Positions 12,555 through 24,326 of a stretch of 64,000 nt of DNA are shown piece after piece. A program made the position numbers and the translations under genes. Position 1 is the first letter of the stretch, and each line of letters starts with the position of its first letter. The notes under the pieces are model-generated. The model searched no databases. It saw nothing but the letters and a program-made list of their open reading frames with translations, and was not told where the DNA came from. Source of the stretch: Hyphochytrium catenoides (Eukaryota > Protista > Hyphochytriomycota); contig FLMG01000284.1 in the NCBI GenBank assembly GCA_900088475.1, forward strand, positions 1-64,000, written 5' to 3'.

Positions 12555-15500
12555 ATGAAGAGCCAGGCCAAGACAGTGACAAAAGACAGCTTTAGCAAGC
12601 CCAAGGCCGCCGGAGGAGGTCAGAAAATGGCGACCGCTACTCTGGAGGACGAAGCGCGGCAGATGGAAGAGCGCCTTGGGCTGCTTAAGGAGCAGATGTT
12701 GAAAGAAAAGCTGGCCCGAGATAGCGTTCCCATGACCGGCGGGGCGAGATGGAGAAGTGCTAGAGAAGATAGAGGATCGATAAGAGGATATGGAAAGGTA
12801 GATCTCTCCTCGGCAAGAGTCTCTTATGCTCTCTCTCCCGTCAGCGTACTCTGTCTTCAGCCTCTCTGCCGCATTCCCTCTGCTGGCGCTGTCTCTCACC
12901 GGTTTTATCTGAGTGGTCCAGGTGGTCACTCCTCCTCTCTCTCTCTCTTTCTCCTTTCTTCTCCCTCTCATTTTCTCTCTCTCACACGCACCCTCTTTCT
13001 GGACCTCTTTCTCTGGAGCTCTCTCTCTCTCTCTCTCTCTCTTCCTCTGATGTCTATTCTTCTTCAACCAGCCTCCTGCTAATTACTCCGTCCCTGTGCG
13101 TTGTTTCCCTTGCAAGGATGTGAAGGAAAAGCTGAATAAACCTAAGAAGGGAGAAGAGAAGGTGTCCGTAGATCCACTTTCTGTCCTCGACTGGGGAGAG
13201 AAGGAGGTGGGAGAGTGGCTGGAGAAGCACGGGTTAGAGCAGTACGAAGAGGTAAGCACTACGTAATCCGCGTGGTAGCGAGAGAGAGAGAGAGAGAAAG
13301 GGAGGGAGGGAGAGAGAAGAGTTATAGAAAGAGATTGTAGAGAAGAGAGAGACAGAGATACAGAGGGAAAGGAGTGGAACACAGATAGAGGGAGAGCTCA
13401 TGCGTGACGTCTAGTCTATGTTCTCTGGGTCAGTCTTCCATTCTTCCCCATCGCGTCTTCCTTCTATGACGTCCCTCTTTCTTCCTTACCATCTCCCTCA
13501 TTACATTCCTGTCTCTCTTCTCAGCTCCTATCTCTTTTCCCTACTTCATCATCTAGGCGCTAACCACTTTCTTCCTCTTGAATCTCGCGCTAAAAGAACC
13601 TGCGACAACATCAGATCCGAGGCCGAGACCTTGTAAACCTTGATGTCGTTATGTTGGAGAAGCTAGGCGTGCAGGCTATTGCCCACCGCCGACGGTTCAT
13701 AAGAGAGACAGAGCAATTGAAGAAAACAATCCCAGAACATCCCCCAGTCTTTCCCTTAGGACAAGGAGCGAAAGAGGGCAAAAAGGCAGAGGAATTGAAG
13801 AAGCCTCCTCCTTTGCAGCTGAAGGGAGGAGGGCAGGAAATGAAAGGGAAGCAGGGAGAGGGAAAGACTGAAGAGAAGAAGGCCGGGACAGTGCATTGGT
13901 CTCAGGTTGGTCGCTTCATTAGCATTTATAGAGCTTTCTTGTATGTTGATATAACGTCTCCCTATCTAGGGTTCTTGACTAGGTGCCAAACAGTTGCGCT
14001 TTCTCTCCCTCTCACACAATGCATCTCTCTCTCTTGTTCTCTCACTCTGAAGCCTTGTTCTATCACTCTTTTCTCCGCCTATGTTGAGTCTTTGACTACT
14101 TCGATAGTGCTCTCTCCAGGTTCCTGTTCTCTCCTTTCCTCCCGACGGTCCTGTTCCTCCCTCTCTCCTCATCTATCATCTCCTTACTCTGTTCATTTTG
14201 TCTGATGCGAATCATTATCGGGTTAGGTCCAACCTCTGTCTGGCACCGCTGTCAGTGGAGGATTAGTCCCAATAAACCTGGCTGACGGAGAGTTCAACGA
14301 GGAAGAAAGCCATAACTCCTTCCTTCAAGCGCTCAAGGATTGGAGAGAAGGGAGAGAAGGTACCGCTCAATGTCAGGGTTGTCGGTGAAGTGAAAGGACG
14401 AGAGGAAAGATTTCGAAGAGGACAACCTAGGACTAGATAAACACTCTAAGGAGAGAGAAGAGCGAGTGTTAGACGGAGAGAGAGAGAGATAAGGAAAGAG
14501 AAGAAGAGAGGGAGGGAGAAGAGCAAGAGGAAGACGGGGAGAGAGAGAGACCTGTTCCTGCAAATTGCGTTGAGCCTCAATGTCATTTTCACTGTTCTCT
14601 TCTTTTTCTTGTCTCTTCCCCGATCGATGGCTCTCCTCTTGGATCTCTAGCTGTGGCACAGCCAACATCCTTCTGGGAGAACCCTGCGGACAGGCCATCC
14701 ACCGGCCAAGGTATCCGTAGGCCCATCGCTTATGCCTTATCGCCTTTGTCCCTAATCTAGCTCAATGACTTACCTCTTGCCGTCCCTCGTTGTCGGTGTC
14801 GGTCTAATTTCTTTATATGGCCCAGGCTCTTTGCCATCTACCTCTCTACTGGCTGGCAGTCTAGACGAAGAAGCAGAGCATCTAGCCTTTCAACGTGCAG
14901 TAGAGCAGTGGAGAAGAGGCAGCGGAGAGAAGACGCCAAGGATAGTCAGGAAGTTTTCTGCCGGGACATCAACTTCCACGGTCACTCCGTCGACTTCTTC
15001 CTCCTCCTGTTGGCAGTGTTACAAGGTCAACGACCACCAGGCCATGGTAACAGATGAGAAGACAGGAAAGAGGTCAGTATTCCCTGACTAGAGCACTTAA
15101 TGCTTCCTTGACGAGGCGTGACCTTTGTCTTTCTGGATGTGTACCAAAAAGTTTAACTTTCCATCCTGTCATAGCTTCTGCAATGCACGATGTGCGAGCA
15201 AGTTTGAGGACGAGAGACTACGCATTGAAGGCAAGACGTCACCGACATAGTTGCTTCCTCTATCTTTCTCTCTTACCACTATTCTATCCCATTAGTCAAA
15301 GATCAAACTACTCTGTCTCTAATCACACCCCTCCCATCTTCCATTGTTTGGCTTAAGCAGAGAGCAGGAAGCTGAAGCTGGAAGAATACCTGACGCCAAG
15401 AGAAGACGTGCCCTCAAGACGGCCAGAGTCAGTGGCCCCCATGGTGGAAGAGAGCGTGAGGAACACAGAGGAAGAAGAGGGGCAGCGAAGAATAGTGGTA

Positions 15501-15584
15501 GCCAACCTCCAGACACAGCTCGGACTTCCTTCCAATCTAGCAGAAGAGGACCTTGGCTATATTGTCGAGGAGACGGATGATTAA
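12555..15584 (+). CDS. ZBBX-like protein with SAM domain, two 'G-x-F/L-D/N-EE...F..A...WR.G' motifs and a CxxC...FCxxxC zinc finger
   Basis: N-terminal LEDEARQMEERLGLLKEQMLKEK..RD...RWRSA recalls the ZBBX N-terminal coil. Spliced SAM: VLDWGEKEVGEWLEKHGLEQYEE/NLRQHQIRGRDLVNLDVVMLEKLGVQAIAHRRRFIRE. Motifs LADGEFNEEESHNSFLQALKDWREG and LAGSLDEEAEHLAFQRAVEQWRRG. CWQC...S/FCNARC. Start 12555 or 12627; TAA 15584. Confidence 0.75.
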
Positions 15585-15771
15585 ATATCAATCTCCTCAG
15601 CGGTGGTTGGATCACAAGCTTGCATTTATTGCTGGAGCTCTGTTGTTTAGACAGCTCTTGCTCGAAGAGAGCTTTGCCGTCGTTTGCCCAAGGCGTTAGA
15701 TTAGTGTTCGCTTTCTCTTCTGAGAGCCCCACTATTCCCTCACAGTCTCTTGCCTACATAGTCTCTAGTTT

Positions 15772-17484
15772 CTAGGTGCAGCTGGTAGCCAGAAGGGCAA
15801 CGTGCGCCTTAATGACGTCTATCGCCTAAAGAGCAAGATAATTGCAGAGAGCAGGGTTCTGAGTCAGTAGTCGAATTGTCAAGGGCAAAAGAGAGCACGA
15901 GGAGAAAGACTGGATAACCTCCGAGAGACAGCGGGAAAAGCTCCCCTTCTCGCCCATCCCTCTTCGATGGGTCGAGGCCGGAATGAGAAGAGTAAACACT
16001 CGATAGACAGTCAAAGAGGCAAAGGTGACCAATAGAGAATATCGACATCGACGGCGGGTGTCACTGAGCAAACTACCTGTTCAGTAGCCAATCTTCCCTT
16101 TGCAGCCTTCAAAAAGTCCCTATAGACCGAGGTCCACGTCAGAATCATAAGGAAAGATGGACCAAACGACCATTTTAGCGAGTGCAGGCGCGGAAGCAGG
16201 AAATCAACAAAAAGACCAAACTAAGCTCAGGTTCAGAGGCAGAGGGTAAAGGAGAAGGAGAAGAAGCAATAGCAATAAGTCTAACCTCATCGTCTCTGCT
16301 GGGTACCCATTGACAGTCTCCAACTCCTTGATCGCAGCCTCAAGGGCCCCAGTGGCCAAGTGGCCACGAGCTCTAGATAGAATGGCCTCAAAGTCTGGAC
16401 CTAATAGAGAGGAAAGGAGAACGGATATACGGTGGACCAGTCCCACAAAGTCAGATTATTAATCTTGCCGCGATAGTTCAGGCGAGAACAGGAAGAGAGA
16501 AGTAAGATGCTTAAGAGGCCAAAACATGGCTGAGACAGTAGACAGCAACCACACTACCTTCCACTGGCCCGCTAGGAGGTATAACGAACAGGGCTAGGAG
16601 AGATCCAAAAGCGTGACCAATTGGACCAGAGCCTTCCGGAGTGAGCTCAGCGCGGCGAGCAACTCTTTGTACTTTTGAGAAACTGTGGCAACACAAAGCG
16701 CGCAGGAATTAGCCTTAAGGGCATGGCAGAGAGAAGAGCCTGGAAGCTGGGGCCCAGCATGCTGAGAAACAAAGTGGAGAATTTACAGAACAAGTGATGA
16801 AATCGGCTAGAAAAGCATACCGGTCCTGAAGCTGTGTAATGGTAGGAATTCCGGCGTTAGCTAAACTCCTAGGCACGGCCTCTAGCGCCGCCTCAATCAG
16901 TGGATCTCCTTGACCAGCCGTGCGCAGCGCTTCCAGCTGGGGCGAGAGAGCCGTATAAGAAAGTATATCAGAAGGACTTCTTCAACAAATCTCGAGTGTG
17001 AACATCAAGCATATAGGCTTCGTATGGCAAAGCAGTTTAGAGGATGGACGAGAGGAGTAATTAAAAAAAAAGAGATTGATCACGCAGTGGATACATCCGG
17101 CATGGACCCCTCGGTTCAAAAAGCCGAACACCCTATTGACGTCCTTGCCCATTCCTTCTCTGCTGTTACTGATCTCTCTTCTTATGGAACCTGCCACATC
17201 TCCATTTTTTCTGGACCTGCTGGGGCTCACCTCTTCCTTCAGAGGCGCACTAGTCTCCAGCTTATTAGCAAGGGCCAAGGTCGCCACTGAAACTCTGTGA
17301 ACCTGAGATAGAGTAATGTGGTTCAATGATGAGGAGGAATTGAACGAAGTAGCTGAGATCTTGTAATAAATGAAGTGTGAAAGGGGAATATTGAGAAAAC
17401 CAGGCTGGTGGATTCCTGGGGGATATGTGTGCTCGAGAGACAGAGGCGTGAAGGCAGAGAGTACAAAAAGAAAAATATGACAGT

Positions 17485-17580
<96 letters not shown>

Positions 17581-20500
17581 AAGAAAGAAATAAAGAAGCA
17601 GACAGAAAAGAGACAGACAGAGTACACAATAGACATGAGCCATAGAAAGAGGCAATATCGAATGAGAGAACAAGAAGCTGACTTGAATGCTGCTATTTGA
17701 AGTCACTTCCAAACGTCTTACTTGGTGGCTGAAGAGCTCAAAGCTGGAGGAGTTGTCAATGATGGCTTGTAAAGATCGGACCTGCTTTCGCAGTTCCGCA
17801 ATATCCTATAAACCCAGGTGAGAGGGCGGAATGTCAGTGATGTGATCATATCAAGATATGGCTCAGCATCGCCGAAGGGTCTCAAAAATGCAGGTACAGG
17901 GGATAGAAAAGGTGTAGCAAGGATGAGGCAAGCACTTTGTGTTACCTTAAGTCTCATTTCTGCTTCCTTGACTTTTTCCTGCTGTAAATCCTCCTGAGCT
18001 TTCTTCATCTTCTCTTTGGTCTCTTGCTGAATACGACGCTCGATCTCCGTCACACGTTCCTTCGGCAAAAACACAGAGAGATTGTTAACAGCTTGACAAG
18101 CAGGAAGGAGAAAGATATGAAATAGACGTGACATTGTTGGAGAGCAACGGAAGACGGAAATGGACGTATCATTCTATGACGTGTGGCACGACACGACAAG
18201 ATGGCGAGGCCAAATATTACTTTGAATCTTTGCTCTTGCTCTTGGTACTCAGCCTCATACTTCTCCTCTATCTGATGTTCTCGAAGCTCAAACTCCCGCC
18301 GAGTCTCCTCCTTCCAGTGCTGAGGATCAAGGGGAACAAAACGCAGCAAGGGGCATGTAAGATTGAATGCGAAAGGACGGTGCTAAAGTGGATAAACTAG
18401 GCCTCAAGAGCCCATGTCCGCCTAAGACCTGGCAACTGCCTCTATAAACGATATAAAGGGTTAGGTGGCCCAGAGGACCCCAGTATCGTAGGAAGATCAA
18501 CAGGAGGCTGCAACCCCCATCTGAGACGCGCGAATGGGAATGGAAAGACAGAGGACAGGAATTAGGTCTGACCTCAACTCTTTCATTGATGAGCTGTTCA
18601 TGGGTCTCTAGCTGACCCTGCATCAGCTTCTGGTGCTCAGTAGTCAGAGACTCTTCAAGATTTTTCAAAAGCTCAGCCATCCGCACAGCCTATATTTGAA
18701 GAAAACACATTGAAAAAAGAGATCCAACAGTCGGGCAGAAAGCCACAAGAAGTAGCATTAGGCCACGTGTCAGACGAAGAGAGAGGGTTAAGAAATGCCT
18801 AAGAGGGACAAGCAGAAAGCTGACCTCCTGCTTGGTCCTTGTCCGGAGTTCTTTACTTAGCTCCTTCACTTTCCGCTGCAGTTCCTTTACATCGGTAGGC
18901 TGTAATGTACGGGGAGGCATCAGAGGGTGGAAAGGGTATTAGGAGCCTCGCCAGACAACATAGTCCATTGTTATTGTGCACAGGGCTTCTCCTTTGTTAC
19001 CTATCGTTGCCCTACCCCTGCACTTCCCCAACCCACCGCCTCTTCTGCACTCTGAAGATCTATCTGCTACTTAGTACGCTTAATAACCACTTTGTCTTCC
19101 TGAGTTCTGCTCACAACTTACGAGGAGGTCTGCCACGACTTCCTTTTCCAGATCTTGTTGCAACGCGGTCAACAGGACATTGTCCATCTTCTCCCGCTGT
19201 GCAGAATCAAGGTCATGCCAAGAAGGAGAACAAAGATCCACGATAAGAAGGACTACTATGCAGAAATGGATAGGAACAAAGATTTAAGAGTGAAGCAAGA
19301 AACGACCTTTAGTCCTCGAAGGAAGATAACAGGAGAGCCAAAGGTCGCCTCGATAGAGCTTCCCCAGACAAAAGAATGACAAGCATAGGTGTACAAGAAG
19401 AGAGCTTCAGGAAAATTTTGAAAGGCCATACCACAGTTTTCTTCTGCTGCCTTTTCGATGCCTCAAGCAGATGCTCTAGATCTCCCTTCAGCTTTAACAA
19501 CAATTCACGCTCCTGAGCCACTAGATCTGGGGTAACCAGGCGAGGAGAAGTCGAATCTAAGGAAAGAGCGAAGAAGAGCAAAGGAACCCGGCAAGCATTG
19601 AGTGAGTCAGAGAAGCAGCATGGATTTATTAAGTATAGAGAGAGGGGGTAACCACAAGAAGGACGGCCTATGGCACTACGTACCGCTCCCAGGGGCAGGC
19701 GCAGGGGGAGGAGGCGAAACTGTCTTGGCCGGCAATACTTTTTCTTCTCTCTTCTCTGCTTTCTCTTCTCTCTTCTGTGCTTTCTCTTCTCTCTGCCTCG
19801 ATGCGGAGGGCGGAGGAGTCTCAACCTTAGCAGACTCAGATTTTTGTGTCGGGGCCGAAGCTGGATGGGGCGGAGGGGACGGAGCAGCAACAGTGCTAGA
19901 GGAGGATCCGGCAACTGAAGAAGAAGATCCGGGACTCTTTTCCTTAGTTTCTGCTTTTTTCTCCACCCTTGTCTCCTTATTCACTTTAGCATTCTCCTCT
20001 GGTTTAGAGTCTGCCATATTACGTCGGAAGGTTTGGCAAAGAGGCAAGGTTAAATCGCCGAAGTGATGGCAGTCCGTGCATGCGTCGCTTATACCTGACT
20101 CTGGAACCTTCCTTAGGGCATGTCCTGTCACCTTTTCTGCTCCCAACAAGCGAGGAAGAAGGACAGAAGACAAGATATAGAAATGAGAGGGAGGTCAGGC
20201 CAAAGCGAATAGATGCAATGTCCTTGTGCTAAGAAGAGACGAGGTAGACAGAACATGAATGAAGACAAGGTTAGTCCCAGTAAGGTCAAGACCCAAGAAT
20301 AGACATAGGTTTATGCCATTGCTTCCAGAAGGCAGTGCGGTCTAGGGTATATAACGGAAAGAATGGACAGAAGGGGATCTTACTTGCGGGCACCGACGGC
20401 TTCTCCTTGATATGTGCGTTGTCCTTTGCTTCTGTCCTCTCTTTCTTTTCCTCCACCTTAGGCTTTAGCTTGGAATCCTCATCAACCTGGCTACTCCTCT

Positions 20501-20931
20501 TAGCAACTAGCCCCTGCAAAGGAGCAGGGGGTAGCGGAGTCTCCGCTATATTTTGCTTATAGTAGTAATAGCCTCCTCCTGCAGCCGCAAGAACACCAAT
20601 TGGCAGTATCCATCCTCCGCCTCCTCCCTCTCTTGAAGGAGGAAGCGGTGCTTCAGCGCTCCTAGTGGTCGGAGGAACCTTGGAAGGTGGACTAGGGCCC
20701 ACAGATTTGGACTTTGGCAGGGGTGGAGGTGTTGGGCTGAATGTAAGATCAACAGTCAGATATCTCTGGCAGTCAGAAGACAGCTTCTAGGCCCAAAATC
20801 GAAGAAGCACAATCTGACCTCGCTTTAGCCCCAGGTTTTGGCCCGGTGGAAGAAAGGGCCCGAGAATGAGGGGCCAGATGGCGCCCACTTCTCGTCAATG
20901 CCGAGAGCTTAGGCCTAGTAGCACGGTACAT
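15772..20931 (-). CDS. MIC60: MICOS subunit MIC60 / mitofilin (multi-exon)
   Basis: Presequence MYRATRPKLSALTRSGRHLAPHSRALSS; TM WILPIGVLAAAGGGYYYY; long coiled coil; mitofilin-domain C-terminus GPIGHAFGSLLALFVIPP...FEAILSRARGHLATGALEAAIKELETVNG...DFLKAAKGRLATEQ/AIDVIKAHVALL. Confidence 0.88.
17485..17590. repeat. (AG)n microsatellite in a MIC60 intron
   Basis: Direct reading. Confidence 0.95.
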
Positions 20932-21240
20932 CCTGACGGACTGTCACCGGAAGCCTCGCCTTCACTTAATACGGAGAAGCTTCCGCAGGAGTTTGCCTGC
21001 TTAGGGTCCAAGGAGAAATAGATGTACGAGTAATGCTCAGAGCTGAGAAGTGGAGCCTCACGCCACGTTCCTCGTTCTTCTCTGCACCGTCATCAACCAA
21101 GCTGCTGCAAGCATCATCGGATCATCAGAGATGCATGCACTTGTGTTGCTAGGAATTCTCAACTCACGGACAACTCAACAAAAATCACCGGGAAAGTCAT
21201 TATGATACCTAGCCGCTAACGCCTTAATGGAGATCAGGAA

Positions 21241-22460
21241 GTGCTGTCTATTCTTCTTGTTAGAAAGCCTTTGTCTCTCTTGGGAGCAATAATGCGGGGA
21301 AAAAAGGAGGTTTCTTTGGTTATTGTCCATCGCCGCTGTTCACGCGCGAGGGAGGATGGTGCGCAGACAACGCTTCAGTTGCGCTGTAGAAGTCAGCAAC
21401 CTTTAGGACAGCTTCGAGAGAGAGTTTTTTCCCAGCAGCTTCTTCGTTGGTCAAACGTCGGACAAAGACAGCAGCGATAAGAAGAAGGAATCCCAAGCCG
21501 GGCGCTACCACTAAGGCCCGATTTCAACGTCTATCTCATGATAATACTTCCAGAAAGGCTGACATCATGAAGGGCTGAACATCGTTTGGCATCGCTTCTT
21601 ATATAGAGTAGAACTGGATCTCGATGACGCTACTAATAAGAGATGTGCACCTTACGAGGATCTGAGCGAAGAAGATCTAAGAGTTGTATTGCAATGCCAC
21701 AAAAGCCGCCGCTTTGCCCTCACCAGGCCTTAGCTTTATCAGAATAGCCAAGCTAAAGTGCTCACCTACAAAATGTTCATGTCCGGGCCTTCTAGAAGGT
21801 ATTCCCGACAGCTTTTTAAGGATTTGCTTACAGGTTTAAAAGGACAAAAATAGCGGATCTGTCGGCCCCTCCTCCCCAACCTCTTCCAACCTTCTTCTGT
21901 TGTCAAGGAGCCAGGATGGCCTATCATCATGCATCCGAACACTATGTCAGTGGGCCTATCAGGTCTCGCTACCTATCGAAACTCAAACTCATAACTTCCC
22001 TACTAGAAGAGAGCAGCAAACCGTTGTGCCTGACTAGGATACTTGGATGGGAGGACGGAATCCCTGTGATCCATGAAGAACAAGCAGATAAAATAAGCTG
22101 ATCACAAACAAAGCGCTCGCGTGTGATCGTCAGAACTAACGCGCCAAGGAAGAGGATGTCTTTCTCGGGGGTATGAAGCATGACCTTCGCGAGGAGAACG
22201 AAGACAGCTGCGTTATTATTCCAGAAGAATGCTCGCTGGTCTCAAGCTCCTGCGTGATGGCAAGGAGGACCACAACAAGAAGATGAATAGGCACGACAAG
22301 TTTGTTCCTTACATTAGGCGGGTGCAGTGATTGTCCCGCACGACAGCGAAGGAGATGGATGTCGATACCACCCAGGGCTCCGATGACGCCCTGTTGTTGG
22401 GTTCGTAGGATTCTTACTAGCTCTGAAGAAGAAGAACTTTTAACCAACACTCATAGTGTC
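21241..22460 (+). pseudogene. Possible decayed coding sequence (unidentified)
   Basis: Protein-like stretches interrupted by in-frame stops with no obvious flanking introns, e.g. VELDLDDATNKRCAPYEDLSEEDLRVVLQCHKSRRFALTRP*LYQNSQAK... and RQLRYYSRRMLAGLKLLRDGKEDHNKKMNRHDKFVPYIRRVQ*LSRT. No family recognised. Confidence 0.2.
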
Positions 22461-23143
22461 CTAGAAAGTTCACGCTGGTAAACCCTGTGTCCATCATTTA
22501 AAGTAAGGGAGCGTATAAAAGATGCCGTACTTGCAGTTGCTGCACTACTTTTGCTTTCCGGTTGAAGCTACCACTGGTAGTAGTCAGTCTCGTCCTCCTC
22601 TGGTCTAGTCCCTGTGGTACATCTTTTCATCCTCTATCTCCTACCATTAACGTTCAATCCATGCAGCTCCTCTTTCTGCATGCAGGTGGTAGAACCCAGT
22701 AGGTTGCTGACGAGACCAATAGAAAGTGAAGGATGACCATGGCCGCCTGCCACCTAGAAATCATCCAATGAGCTCATGATGCTGTGGAGCGGCGACTAGA
22801 CGAAGATCCAAGAGTCATCATCACAAAGATCGGCGCGCACATCTCACATCTCCTCGCCCATCATCAACATCAGAACTTCTCTTTTCTCTTTACAGGTCAT
22901 TCCATATAATGTCATTCTAATTCGGGCATCGACCACATTCCTATGTACATATCCTGAATAGATGTGCAAGGATGCAAGGACAAAAGGTTGTACAAACCTT
23001 CCTTAGACAAAGCACAGCATGCTACGACTCCCCCACTCACTTCTGCCACTTCCGCATCTTCTCAGCAGCACCTGTCACATCCGACCTTTCAAGGAAACAT
23101 AAGAGAAACGAAATCTATTGTTTCCACCAGGTGCCGTCAAGGG

Positions 23144-24326
23144 ATGAAAGAATACTTTCCGTCAACGGAATCTATGAAACCTTTCTCAGTGCTTCTGTAC
23201 AGGTGCAACATGTTCGGACGCACATGATATAAAGGCTATGAAAACGCTGTGTCTGGCTGTTGTCTGTAGTCCAGTTTGCCTTGCCCATGCTTTATTTTAT
23301 TGCCTATGTGTATGTAGTTCTACCGTACTCCTGGTAACCCTCCCTTCTGAGGAACTTTGCTGGTCCTGTCGACCTACAGCTCTACTTCCTGCTGTATCAT
23401 CAGTTTTCTCAGTTCTTTAGTGCCGCCGCTGCTTCTGTGACCTTCTGCTCTCGGGCAAGAGGTCCGGCGTAGCAAAGACAGAGAGCAAAGCCAGAAGACT
23501 GAAAAGTGAAGATCATTGTGGTTTCTAGAGCTCCAGCATTTGGCTTCTATTGCAGAGTATACAAAGGAATACCCAGTAGACGTTCAGAGCCTGGTTGTTG
23601 TTCAAGTGACCCAGCACCTACTTCATTGCCGACAATTCCAGCTCTCATCCGAGTGAAAAGCGTGTGACATTGTAGGAAGGGGTTGTTGGCACACTGCGGA
23701 CGTTACGCCGCACAATGACGTTAGAAGTCATGCCAATCATGCAGGAGACTTCGTTGCGACAGAAGGAGGAAGCCCTGGAATGCATTGAAGTTATAAAGGA
23801 GCCGGTAGTTGTGGAGAAGAAGGTGAAAGCAAAGGTAGGAAAGCAAAGGTGGCTTATTGCGCGGGATAGATGCACTCACGTCGTATGTTTGTAGCGATCG
23901 TTGGGCAAAGTGGTCCTCTACCCCTCTGCCTATTATGGAAATGACAATGACCGTCCCAAGCTGCAGGCAAAAATAGCGGAGGATGGTTGCTCCATTGTTA
24001 CTAGTGACGGAGTAACCTATAGCAGGTAACGCCGTGCTTCCAATGACACACCAACCTTACTGGGGCCAGCCTTACTGGGCCCAGCATGCGGTCAATATCA
24101 GGCTGATGTGCTGTTTTACTTTAGCGTCCTACACTGGTGTGCCGTAGAGAGCAGAAAGCAGGCGGAGCTGATCGAGACTATCAGTGACGATGAGGTAGAG
24201 ATTGACGAGTATGCAGCAGGGTTCTACAACGCTCAGGTACCGAACTGTTCTTCGGAAGCATCGTATAGCCTCTCAGCTCACCGTCCCCTTGTTACACAGA
24301 GCGGCGACGACACCTGGGTTCTTTGA
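23144..24326 (+). CDS. Small multi-exon hypothetical protein with an N-terminal hydrophobic segment and a C-terminal RAMA-like segment
   Basis: Phase-consistent exons 23380-23461, 23556-23605, 23676-23822, 23895-24025 and 24125 onward. They read ...LYFLLYHQF...EYPVDVQSLVVVQEGVVGTL...KVVLYPSAYYG...KLQAKIAEDGCSIVTSDGVTYSSVLHWCAVESRK. Start and stop are uncertain. Confidence 0.5.

Noticed and set aside
13597-13650. Apparent stop/frameshift within the SAM domain in the ORF track
   Set aside because: Resolved by splicing at the acceptor before 13597; the frame NLRQHQIRGRDLVNLD is open.
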